38,507 nt of DNA from Candidatus Deferrimicrobiaceae bacterium (GTDB taxonomy: Bacteria > Chloroflexota > Limnocylindria > Limnocylindrales > CSP1-4). The stretch is taken from the NCBI GenBank assembly GCA_035465135.1, contig DATHRO010000102.1, forward strand, positions 1-38,507, read 5' to 3'. The position numbers and the translations under genes are program-made. Below the pieces are notes generated by a model that worked only from the letters and a program-made list of their open reading frames with translations, made no database searches and was not told the origin of the DNA. Of the stretch, positions 7,079 through 15,306 are shown in pieces (within the stretch, counting starts at the first letter, position 1; the number at the start of each line of letters is the position of its first letter).

Positions 7079-8503
7079 ATGACGACCGCGCGTCAGGGGC
7101 TCCCGGTGGAGCTGCCAGAGGCCTCGCTGGCCGACCTCCGACGCCAGCTCGATGGAGAGATCGTGCTCCCGTCCGATCCGGCCTACGACGCGGGTCGGCG
7201 GCCTTGGAACGCCATGGTCGACAAGCGGCCGGCCATCATCCTGCGGCCGCGGGGCACGGCCGACATCGTGACCGGGATCCGCTTCGCGCGCGCCAACGCT
7301 CTTGAGATCGCCGTGCGCGGCGGCGGCCATGCCGCGTCCGGCCTGTCCGCGACCGAGGGCGGCCTGCTCCTCGACCTTTCGCTGATGCGCGCCGTACGGA
7401 TCGATCTCCACGCGCGGCGGGCGTGGGTCCAGGGCGGCTGTCTGCTTCGCGACCTCGACCGCGAGGCCCAGCTCCACGGCCTGGCAACCACGGGCGGCGT
7501 CGTCTCGCACACTGGCGTGGGCGGCCTGACGCTCGGCGGCGGCTACGGGTACCTCGCCCGACGGTTCGGCCTGGCCTGCGACAACATCCGTGCCGCCGAG
7601 CTCGTCACCGCCGACGGCGAGGTCCTGGCCGTCAGCGAGGAACATCATCCCGAGATCCTGTGGGGCCTCCGCGGCGGCGGCGGGAACCTCGGCGTCGTCA
7701 GCGCCTTCGAGTTCGAGCTCCATCCGTTCGGCCCCGACATGCTCACCGGCGACCTTGCCTATCCGCTCGAGACGGGGTTCGCGGCCATCCGTCGGCTGCT
7801 CGACCTGGCGGCGGACGCACCCGACGCGTTCATGGCCTCCGCCGCGGTCGTGACCGCGCGCCCGATGCCGATCCTGCCCGAGTCGATCCACGGTCGGCCG
7901 ATGGTCTGGGTGTCGTACACGTGGGCCGGGGAGGTCGAGGCTGGCAGGCGCTTCCTCCCGGAGCTCAAGCGCGCCGGCGAGCCGCTGTTCGAGGACCTCG
8001 ACGTGCTGCCCTACGTGCGGCTCCAGCGGCTCGGCGATGAATCGCAGCGCCACGGGCGGCGGCAGTATGCGCGCTCGCATTTCATCCGCTCGACGCCCGA
8101 TGCGTTCGTCGAGGCCTTCCTCGACCGTGCCGGGGCGGCGCCCGGCGTCGCCCCTTCCGGGAGCATCACCCAGCTCGGCGGGGCGATCGCCCGGGTCGCA
8201 GCCGCGGACAGCGCCTTCAGCGGCCGTGACGCGCTGTACGACTTCGTCGTCACCGCGACCTGGGACGATCCCTCCGAGGATGCCGACCGGATGGCCGCTG
8301 CTCGCGCCTACGCCGGCGCCATCGAACCGCACTCGACCGGGCGGTCGTACGTCAACGCCATCGAGGACGACCGGACCGCGGGCGTGCAGGCGGCCTTCGG
8401 CGGCGAGGTGTACGAGCGGCTGGTCCAGCTCAAGGATCGCCACGACCCGGACAACGTTTTCCACCTGAACCAGAACGTTCGACCGTCGGCCGCCAGTCAG
8501 TAG
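7079..8503 (+). CDS. FAD-binding oxidoreductase, VAO/BBE (berberine-bridge-like) family
   Basis: FAD_binding_4-like region RPAIILRPRGTADIVTGIRFARANALEIAVRGGGH. BBE-like C-terminus YERLVQLKDRHDPDNVFHLNQNV. Starts at the ATG at 7079 (MTTARQG). Confidence 0.8.
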   Translation: MTTARQGLPVELPEASLADLRRQLDGEIVLPSDPAYDAGRRPWNAMVDKRPAIILRPRGTADIVTGIRFARANALEIAVRGGGHAASGLSATEGGLLLDLSLMRAVRIDLHARRAWVQGGCLLRDLDREAQLHGLATTGGVVSHTGVGGLTLGGGYGYLARRFGLACDNIRAAELVTADGEVLAVSEEHHPEILWGLRGGGGNLGVVSAFEFELHPFGPDMLTGDLAYPLETGFAAIRRLLDLAADAPDAFMASAAVVTARPMPILPESIHGRPMVWVSYTWAGEVEAGRRFLPELKRAGEPLFEDLDVLPYVRLQRLGDESQRHGRRQYARSHFIRSTPDAFVEAFLDRAGAAPGVAPSGSITQLGGAIARVAAADSAFSGRDALYDFVVTATWDDPSEDADRMAAARAYAGAIEPHSTGRSYVNAIEDDRTAGVQAAFGGEVYERLVQLKDRHDPDNVFHLNQNVRPSAASQ

Positions 8504-9582
8504 CGGACGACGACCAGCCGATCGACGCCCGATTCGGCGCCCCAGGCCTCGCCGGGCCGGCCGAGCATCTGGCGGACGGCGGCGCCGTCGCGGTCCGACG
8601 GGAACGACAGGAAGGCCTCCGTCAGCGGGTCGAAGCGCAGGATCGCGTTCTGCCCGAAGTCGGTGACCCAGACGGCGTCGAGCTCGTCGACGTAGACCGA
8701 GTAGGCCTGGTTGCCGCCGCCCGGCAGATCCCACTCCTGCCACGACCCGTCGGCCGGGTCGTAGACGGCCAGCAGCCCGGCGTTCCAGTAGGTGATCCAC
8801 AGCCGGCCGCGCGAATCGGACCAGACGCGCCGGGTGCCGGCATTCGCCGTCGGTGGCTCGATGACCGTGATCTCGCCGCTCACGCGGTCCACCCGGCCGA
8901 GGTAGCTCGCCGCCAGGGAGACGAAGTAGACGTCGTTCGACGGGGTCACCGCGATGCCGTACGGGCCGCCGCCGCGCGGCGTCGGGAACGCCTCGATGTC
9001 GCCCGACGCCGGGTCGAGCCGCGCCACGATCCCGCGCTGGCCAGTGAACCACAGGATCCCGTCGTGGTCGAAGACCCCGGTGTGGGGTGCCATGCCGCGG
9101 GCGCCTGCCGGCATCGGGAAGACGGTCACCGCGAAGTCGCCGGTGGTCACCCGGACGATCGCATCGAGGCCCTGATCGGTGGCCCACGCTGCGCCGTCCG
9201 GCCCGGAGACCACGCCGTGCGGAGCCGCACCCTGTCCCAGCGGCACCTCATAGACTTCGCCGCTCGCCGGGTCGAGCCAGCCCAGCGTGCCGTTGTGCTG
9301 GCCCGTGTACCAGACCCCGCCATCGGCCGCCGGGGCGACGTCGTGCGGATGCGCGCCGCGAGGCACGCGGTACGCCTGGACGGCGAAGGTCAGCTCGGCG
9401 ACGGCCGTGGGGCCGGCCGTCGGATCGTCGGTCGGCAACGTGGCGCTGGCAGTGAGGCTCGGGGCTGCGGCCGTCGGCGACGGCGGGACGGCGGTCGGCG
9501 GGGCAGGCGAGGTGATCGACTCGCAGCCGGCAAGCAGCACGGCGGCGATGACGCCGGCGAGGGCCCGGGGACGCGCGGCCAT
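8497..9582 (-). CDS. Lipoprotein with a Vgb/SMP-30-like beta-propeller
   Basis: ATG at 9582 (MAARPRALAGVIAAVLLAGC, a lipobox). Blade-like segments recur: APHGVVSGPDGAAWATD, GVFDHDGILWFTG, GPYGIAVTPSNDVYFV, RGRLWITYW. Confidence 0.6.
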   Translation of the reverse strand: MAARPRALAGVIAAVLLAGCESITSPAPPTAVPPSPTAAAPSLTASATLPTDDPTAGPTAVAELTFAVQAYRVPRGAHPHDVAPAADGGVWYTGQHNGTLGWLDPASGEVYEVPLGQGAAPHGVVSGPDGAAWATDQGLDAIVRVTTGDFAVTVFPMPAGARGMAPHTGVFDHDGILWFTGQRGIVARLDPASGDIEAFPTPRGGGPYGIAVTPSNDVYFVSLAASYLGRVDRVSGEITVIEPPTANAGTRRVWSDSRGRLWITYWNAGLLAVYDPADGSWQEWDLPGGGNQAYSVYVDELDAVWVTDFGQNAILRFDPLTEAFLSFPSDRDGAAVRQMLGRPGEAWGAESGVDRLVVVRY

Positions 9583-9675
9583 GGCGACCACAGGGTACCG
9601 GCGATCCCCGCCGAGGCCGGCCCGCGGCGAGGTCGGCTTGCAGCGAGGTTCGCGCGCCGCCAAGATTCGCGCCAC

Positions 9676-10815
9676 GTGACCGCGATCCGCACGACGCTCC
9701 GCTGTGCCGCCATCGCGCTCATCGCGGCAGCCTGCAGCCAGGGCCCCGGCCCCAGCTCGACCACCGGTCCGGTCCTCCCCGACGCGTTCGTGCCCGACAC
9801 GGAGCTGCTCGCCGCGGCGGAGGCCGAGGGCGGCACCCTGACCACCATCGCGCTGCCCCGCGACTGGTGCAACTATGGGGCGCTCATCGATGCCTTCGAG
9901 GCTCACACCGGGCTCGCCGTCAACGAGCTTGCCCCGAACAGTGGCTCGAGCGACGAGATCGAGGCCATCCGGGCGAGCGAGGGCAACCCCGGCCCGGCCG
10001 CCCCGGACGTCGTCGACGTCAGCCTGCCGTTCGGCCCGTTCGCCGCGGACCAGGGCCTCCTGGCGCCCTACAAGGTCCGGGCCTGGGACGCCATCCCTGC
10101 TTCATCCAAGGATCCCGACGGCCGCTGGCACGGCGGCTACTTCGGCGTGACCTCGTTCGAGGTCAACACGGCCTTCGTCGATCGACCGCCGACCGACTGG
10201 CCCGACCTGCTGGCGTCCGAGTACGCCAACCAGCTCGCCCTGCCGGGCGATCCCCGACACTCGAACCAGGCGATGATGGCCGTGTACGCCGCTTCGCTGG
10301 GCAACGGCGGCTCGCTCGACGACGCCCGGCCGGGCCTCGATCTGTTCCGCCAGCTGGCCGAGAGCGGCAACCTCCTGCCGACGATCGCGACCGCGACGAG
10401 CTCGGCCTCGGGCGAGACGCCGATCACGATCCGGTGGACCCATCACTCCCTGCCCAGCCGGGATGCGACCGCGGCGGCCGAAGGCCCGCGCATCGAGATC
10501 GTCGTTCCGGCCAGCGGGCCGCTGGGGCAGCTGTCCGTGCAGGCGATCAGCGCCCACGCCCCTCACCCGAGCGCGGCGAAGCTGTGGATGGAGTTCCTCT
10601 ACTCGGACGAGGGCCAGCTGCTGTGGCTGGAGGGCTACTGCCACCCGGTTCGGTTCGAGCATCTCGTGGCAGAGGACAAGATTCCGGCCGGCCTGCTGGC
10701 CCGGCTCCCGGACGTCAGCGGCGTCCGGTTCCCGACGCTGGCGCAGCTCGACGCTGCCCGGGAGCTGATCGAGGGCCAGTGGGATGCGGTCGTCGGCGTC
10801 GACATCCGCCAGTAG
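9676..10815 (+). CDS. ABC-transporter-type extracellular solute-binding lipoprotein (family 1, PotD/AfuA-like). No permease or ATPase gene is adjacent.
   Basis: GTG at 9676 (VTAIRTTLRCAAIALIAAAC, a lipobox). Overall it resembles a periplasmic binding protein (TIALPRDWCNYG..., KLWMEFLYSDEGQ). Confidence 0.6.
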   Translation: MTAIRTTLRCAAIALIAAACSQGPGPSSTTGPVLPDAFVPDTELLAAAEAEGGTLTTIALPRDWCNYGALIDAFEAHTGLAVNELAPNSGSSDEIEAIRASEGNPGPAAPDVVDVSLPFGPFAADQGLLAPYKVRAWDAIPASSKDPDGRWHGGYFGVTSFEVNTAFVDRPPTDWPDLLASEYANQLALPGDPRHSNQAMMAVYAASLGNGGSLDDARPGLDLFRQLAESGNLLPTIATATSSASGETPITIRWTHHSLPSRDATAAAEGPRIEIVVPASGPLGQLSVQAISAHAPHPSAAKLWMEFLYSDEGQLLWLEGYCHPVRFEHLVAEDKIPAGLLARLPDVSGVRFPTLAQLDAARELIEGQWDAVVGVDIRQ

Positions 10816-10887
10816 CGGACGTGCTTCCGCCTCGCCGGAACGCGCGGCCCGTCCCGCCGCCGCCCGCCCTGCAGGCCTCGGCTTCGA

Positions 10888-11604
10888 TCAGCGCCGGTCG
10901 CCGAACAGCCGCAGCAGGAACAGGAAGAGGTTGACGAAGTCGAGGTAGAGGTGGAGCGCGCCGATCACGGCGGCCTTCTCGACCGAGCCCGTCATCGCCA
11001 CGAGCTGGCCCGACTGGATGCGCTGGACGTCCCATGCCGTCAGCGCCGTGAAGATCGCCACGCCCGCGAGCGAGATGATCCAGCCGATCGTGTCGCTGCC
11101 GAGGAAGATGTTCACGACCGAGGCGACGATCAGCCCGATCAGGGCCATGAACGCGATCGACCCGATGCCGGCCAGGTTCCGCTTCGTGACTGCGCCGTAC
11201 AGCGCCGCGCCGCCGAACATCGCCGAGGCCGACAGGAACGCCGCGGCGACCGAGGTCTGCGTGTAGGCCAGGACGATCAGCCCGATCGTCAGGCCGAGGC
11301 TGGCCGCGTAGACGAAGAACAAGCCCAGTGCCAGCGTGGCGTTGATGCGATTGATGCCGAAGCCGATCGCCAGGACCAGCCCGAGCTGGGCGATGATGAG
11401 GATCAGGAAGTTGCTCGCGGCGAACTCCACGAGCGACTCATTGAACTGGACGACCGTGGCGACCGCGGCCGACAGCAGCAGGCCGGCGAACATCCAGAAG
11501 AAGGCCTGGGTCAGGAACGAGCCCTGGACCGCGGCCGTCGCCGGCGCGGCTATCCCGCCCGGCTGGCCGTAGCCCCTGCCCTGCCCGAAGTTCCCGAAGC
11601 TCAC
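10888..11604 (-). CDS. Bax inhibitor-1/YccA-family membrane protein
   Basis: Seven hydrophobic segments and a typical C-terminus (ALHLYLDFVNLFLFLLRLFG). The GTG at 11604 has AAGGGAGA upstream and overlaps the pduO-type stop (GTGA). Confidence 0.8.
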   Translation of the reverse strand: MSFGNFGQGRGYGQPGGIAAPATAAVQGSFLTQAFFWMFAGLLLSAAVATVVQFNESLVEFAASNFLILIIAQLGLVLAIGFGINRINATLALGLFFVYAASLGLTIGLIVLAYTQTSVAAAFLSASAMFGGAALYGAVTKRNLAGIGSIAFMALIGLIVASVVNIFLGSDTIGWIISLAGVAIFTALTAWDVQRIQSGQLVAMTGSVEKAAVIGALHLYLDFVNLFLFLLRLFGDRR

Positions 11605-12248
11605 GTTGGCGTCTCCCTTCGATTGGTCGATCCCGGCCGCCGGGCCGGGGTCGCAGTTCGAGATTCTGCCTGTTCTGCCGCACGTGCCAGGACCCACACC
11701 AGGTCGGCGAGGCGGTTCAGGTACGGAATGAGATGGTCGCCCGGGACGAGCCCCTCGGCCCGCAGGGCCACCGCCCGGCGCTCGGCGCGCCGAAGGATCG
11801 TCCGGGTCAGCTCGAGGGCCGCGCTGGTCAGCGTCTCGCCGGGGACCACGAACTCGGTCGGCATGGCGACGTTGCGCTCGAGCTCGACGAGGTCGTGCTC
11901 GACGCCGCGGACCATCGCCTCCGACACGCGCGTCCGGCCGTCCTCGAGGCGGTCCCACGCGTCGGGGTTGCTGGCCAGCTCGGCGCCGACGACGAACAGC
12001 TCGCGCTGGTAGCGCAGGATGAGGTCGGACAGGCCACCGATACCGGCGCCGAGCGTCCCGATGCGGCGCTTCACGCCGAGGTTCGCTCGGGCCAGCCCGA
12101 ACGCGGCAATCGCCTCGTCGATGGTGCCGTACGCCTCGACCCGCGGATCATCCTTCGAGATGCGCGCGCCGCCGTAGAGCAGGCCGGTGGTGCCGTCGTC
12201 GCCGCGAGTCGTCGCGACGGCCGAATCGATCGGGCTTCGGGGGGTCAT
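11601..12248 (-). CDS. ATP:cob(I)alamin adenosyltransferase, PduO/MMAB type
   Basis: TTRGDDGTTGLLYGGARISKDDPRVEAYGTIDE...FVVPGET...RRAER...YLNRLADLVWVLAR are classic PduO-type motifs. Confidence 0.85.
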   Translation of the reverse strand: MTPRSPIDSAVATTRGDDGTTGLLYGGARISKDDPRVEAYGTIDEAIAAFGLARANLGVKRRIGTLGAGIGGLSDLILRYQRELFVVGAELASNPDAWDRLEDGRTRVSEAMVRGVEHDLVELERNVAMPTEFVVPGETLTSAALELTRTILRRAERRAVALRAEGLVPGDHLIPYLNRLADLVWVLARAAEQAESRTATPARRPGSTNRRETPT

Positions 12249-12282
12249 CGCAAGGGGATCGACGGACGAGGGGCCGCGGGCG

Positions 12283-12645
12283 TTACCACATCAGGCCCGC
12301 GTCACGCGGGTCCCATCGCTCCGCCAGGATCGTGACCTTGACGGGATGCTCGACGACCGATTCGGCGGCCTCCTTGACCTGTTGGATCATCGAGCCGGCG
12401 TACGGGCAGAACGGCGTGGTCAGGATCATCTTGACCTCGCTCTCGTCCTTCCCGAGCAGGACCTGCTTGATCAGGGCCAGCTCGACGACGTTCATCCCGA
12501 TCTCGGGATCGACGACGCTGCGCAGCGCGTCGAGGATCGCGAGCTCGGTCGCGCGGCGCTCCGCATCAAACAGCGGAGCCGCCTCGGCGGGCGCGCCGCT
12601 CGGCGCCGGTGGCGGTGTCGTTTCGGGGTTCGCGGTGTCGGTCAT
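12283..12645 (-). CDS. sufT: DUF59/SufT-like Fe-S assembly protein
   Basis: ILDALRSVVDPEIGMNVVELALI...ILTTPFCPYAG is the DUF59 (MIP18) signature, including the conserved Cys. Confidence 0.8.
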   Translation of the reverse strand: MTDTANPETTPPPAPSGAPAEAAPLFDAERRATELAILDALRSVVDPEIGMNVVELALIKQVLLGKDESEVKMILTTPFCPYAGSMIQQVKEAAESVVEHPVKVTILAERWDPRDAGLMW

Positions 12646-12697
12646 CGCGGCTGAGGGTACACCAGAGCGCGTCGATACCCACGCGCGCAGGTCGGGA

Positions 12698-13015
12698 TTA
12701 GGCCGGCTTGACCACCACGCCCGGGAGACGGTACTCCTCGGGCAGCTCGGCCGCCTCGGCCTCGCTGTAGCCGGGGCCGACGAGCGAACCGTCGGCCTCG
12801 AAGAACTCCGCGTAGCGATGCCGGTTGCGGGCCGCGTAGGCGAAGGCCGCGGCGACGCCCATCCGGCGCAGCTCCGGGTGATCTTTCTGCATCCGGGCGA
12901 GCGTGTATCCGGCGCGCCGAAGCTCGAGCACGTTCCTGACGGTGAGCCGCGTGCCGTAGCAGAACGGCTCGCCGTTCATCACGAGCGGGTCGCTGACGAC
13001 CCACTTGATCGTCAT
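12698..13015 (-). CDS. DUF433-domain protein (antitoxin-like HTH fold) with a C-terminal extension of about 40 aa
   Basis: VSDPLVMNGEPFCYGTRLTVRNVLELRRAGYTLARMQKDHPELRRMGVAAAFAYAARN matches the DUF433 pattern (..DP....G.P...GTR..V..). Confidence 0.75.
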   Translation of the reverse strand: MTIKWVVSDPLVMNGEPFCYGTRLTVRNVLELRRAGYTLARMQKDHPELRRMGVAAAFAYAARNRHRYAEFFEADGSLVGPGYSEAEAAELPEEYRLPGVVVKPA

Positions 13016-13022
13016 GCCGGTC

Positions 13023-13505
13023 TCACGCGCCCTTGTAGATGAAAGCCAGCAGCGGGTTCCGCTTCCGAGCGTCGCCTGCCAGGCGGCGGTGCCAGTGGAA
13101 GACCCGGATCGCCTCGTCGAGCGGCGGGTCCACGGCCGGTGCGACGTCCGACGGCAAGACCGCTTGGGTCGATCGTCGCAGGCCCTCGCACAGGGTCTTG
13201 ACGTCGTCCATCGGGATGGTCCGCTTCCGGTACCGGACCGCGACCATCTCGGCGAAGCCTCCCATCACGCCGGGATCCCCGGCGGCCACGGCGAGCGCGA
13301 GGCGGTCGACGAACGCCGACAGGTCGGCCAGCAGGCCTCGCAGGACGGTCTCGTCGTGGCGCTCGGCGATGGTGGGGTCCAGCTCGATCGCGATCTCGAG
13401 GCTGCGCCCGGCGAGTCGATGGCGCGCCGTGGTCAGCAGCGCCGCGGCGTCGGGGCGCCCGGCCGTGAGATCGCGCGGTGGGAGACCGAGGCTCGGGTGG
13501 CTCAC
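13023..13505 (-). CDS. Hypothetical protein, predicted all-helical
   Basis: A 160-aa ORF with high third-position GC that ends 7 nt before the DUF433 start. I recognise no motif. Confidence 0.55.
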   Translation of the reverse strand: MSHPSLGLPPRDLTAGRPDAAALLTTARHRLAGRSLEIAIELDPTIAERHDETVLRGLLADLSAFVDRLALAVAAGDPGVMGGFAEMVAVRYRKRTIPMDDVKTLCEGLRRSTQAVLPSDVAPAVDPPLDEAIRVFHWHRRLAGDARKRNPLLAFIYKGA

Positions 13506-13555
13506 GCCGGGAGTCTAGCGTGCGCCCGGGCGTGCCGCCGTTACGATGCAGCGCG

Positions 13556-14014
13556 ATGGCTGCCGGCCCACCCCATCGCGATTCGCCCGAGCGCGCCGCC
13601 GACGAGGTCCGCGGACCGCTCGCGCGCGCGACCGCGATCGGGCTCGTCGGCGCCACCGTCCTCGTGCTGGTCGGGGGCGTCCTCGCCTCGACCGCGGGCC
13701 TGCTGGTCGTCGCGGGTGCGACGGGCGCCGGCATCGGCCTCGCGCTGGCGCGGGCGGCGGTGGCGTCGCCGACCGGGGCGACCGAAGCCCCGCCGATGTC
13801 GCGCCGCTCGGCCGCTCGGTGGTCGATCGGGGCAGCCTCGATCGCGGTCCTGCTCGGGGCTGCGGGAACGTGGCTCGTCGCCCGGTCAGAGGGCGGGACG
13901 CTGGGCCTGTTCGAGTACGTCTGGACGACGTTCGGGTGGTTCGTGCCGGCCGAGCTCGTCGTGGCCGCATTGGCCGCCGCGTGGGGCGCGAGAGCGGGCC
14001 CGGTGGTCCGGTGA
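13556..14014 (+). CDS. Hypothetical membrane protein (about 4 TM)
   Basis: ATG at 13556 (MAAGPPHRD...) followed by Ala/Gly/Leu-rich hydrophobic segments. Its stop overlaps the next gene's start (GTGA at 14011-14014). Confidence 0.6.
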   Translation: MAAGPPHRDSPERAADEVRGPLARATAIGLVGATVLVLVGGVLASTAGLLVVAGATGAGIGLALARAAVASPTGATEAPPMSRRSAARWSIGAASIAVLLGAAGTWLVARSEGGTLGLFEYVWTTFGWFVPAELVVAALAAAWGARAGPVVR

Positions 14015-14517
14015 CGATGCCCCTCGACCTGCCTGGAATCCGCTTCCGCCGCCCGATCGAGGACGACTATCCGAGAATCGTCGGCGTCGTGGACGACTGG
14101 TGGGGCGGGCGGCGGATGGAGGTCTTGCTGCCGCGGCTGTGGCTCCAGCACTTCCGCGGCACGTCGTGGCTCGCCGAGACCGAGGACGGGCGGCTCGCTG
14201 GGTTCCTGGTCGGCTTCCACTCGCCCGACCAGCCGGAGGTCGCCTACTGCCACATGGTCGCCACGAGTCCCAACCTCCGCGGCCGGGGAGTCGGGCGAGC
14301 CCTCTACGAGCGCTTCTTCGCGGACGCCCGGGCGGCCGGTCGGACCCGCGTCGTCGCGATCACCTGGCCGGCGAATCGCATCTCGCTGGCCTTCCACCGG
14401 GCCCTTGGCTTCGAGCCGGAGCGGGGGTCGGGAGCCCGCAACCTGTACGGCGTCCCGGCGTACGACCGCTACGACTTCGATCGCGAGGATCGGGCGGTCC
14501 TCGTCCGGCGGCTGTGA
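14011..14517 (+). CDS. GNAT-family N-acetyltransferase
   Basis: Acetyl-CoA-binding motif VATSPNLRGRGVGRALYERF plus NRISLAFHRALGF. The start is either the GTG at 14011 or the ATG at 14017. Confidence 0.8.
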   Translation: MTMPLDLPGIRFRRPIEDDYPRIVGVVDDWWGGRRMEVLLPRLWLQHFRGTSWLAETEDGRLAGFLVGFHSPDQPEVAYCHMVATSPNLRGRGVGRALYERFFADARAAGRTRVVAITWPANRISLAFHRALGFEPERGSGARNLYGVPAYDRYDFDREDRAVLVRRL

Positions 14518-14972
14518 TGCCGCGGGCAACGAGCCGTGCCGCGTGGCCGCGCCGGCTCGTCGTGCTCGCGGCGGCCGTCGCCACGGCCGGGCTGGCGGGC
14601 TGCCAGACGGTCGGCCCGGCGGCGCTGGAGGTCGGCGATTGCCTCGACCCGCCGGCCTTCGTCGGCGACATCGCCGAGCTGCGACCGAAGCCCTGCTCCG
14701 AGCCGCACGGCGCCGAGGTGTTCCTCGTCGACGCGCTCCCGCCGGGATCGGCCTACCCGTCCGCGAACGAGCTCCGCGCGTTCATCACCGACCGCTGCAT
14801 CCCCGCCTACGAGACCTATACGGGCGTCGACCTGATGACCCAGGACGACATGGACGTCGGCTGGCTGCCGCCGACCGAGGAGGACTGGGCGGCCGGCCGC
14901 CGCCGCATCATCTGCTATGCCGTGCCGTACGAGCAGGGCCGCCAGACGACCGGCTCGATCCGCCGGCCGTGA
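14517..14972 (+). CDS. Septum-formation-family lipoprotein
   Basis: Lipobox LAGC, then GDCLDPP...KPCSEPHGAEVFLV...DRCIPAYETY...WLPPTEEDW..RRIICYAV (Septum_form-like Cys/His pattern). Its ATG shares one nt with the GNAT stop (TGATG). Confidence 0.65.
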   Translation: MPRATSRAAWPRRLVVLAAAVATAGLAGCQTVGPAALEVGDCLDPPAFVGDIAELRPKPCSEPHGAEVFLVDALPPGSAYPSANELRAFITDRCIPAYETYTGVDLMTQDDMDVGWLPPTEEDWAAGRRRIICYAVPYEQGRQTTGSIRRP

Positions 14973-14976
14973 CGGC

Positions 14977-15306
14977 CTAGTCGCGCGTCTCGCCGGTGAA
15001 CGGCATGCCGTGGCGGGTCAACGACTCGACGCTCATCCGGAGGACGGCCGTCTTCGCGGCGGCGACCTCGCGGACGTAGGCCGCCTCCTCGTCAGCCGTC
15101 ATCGGCCGTCCCCGGACGGCTTCGCGCGGCCGACCGACCTGCAGCCAGGCGAGGTGATAGCGATCCATCGCGCCCCACGCCGACGAGAGCAGGTCGTCGG
15201 TCAGCCCGAGCCACACGCGCAGCGCCGCGTGGCTCGGGTTGGCCTGCAGCCGCTCGCCCTCCTCGATGAGCTGTCGGGTCCGACGAACGAGCTCGTCGCG
15301 CCTCAT
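14977..15306 (-). CDS. Hypothetical protein (109 aa)
   Basis: The ATG at 15306 overlaps the pabC-like stop (ATGA). It is helical and charged, with no motif I recognise. Confidence 0.5.
   Translation of the reverse strand: MRRDELVRRTRQLIEEGERLQANPSHAALRVWLGLTDDLLSSAWGAMDRYHLAWLQVGRPREAVRGRPMTADEEAAYVREVAAAKTAVLRMSVESLTRHGMPFTGETRD

Noticed and set aside
12698-13015. Calling DUF433 plus its neighbour a bona fide toxin-antitoxin system
   Set aside because: No recognisable toxin fold (PIN, RelE, MazF or HEPN) is present, and the partner is larger than typical toxins. I kept it as a hypothesis in the findings but did not annotate it as a TA system.
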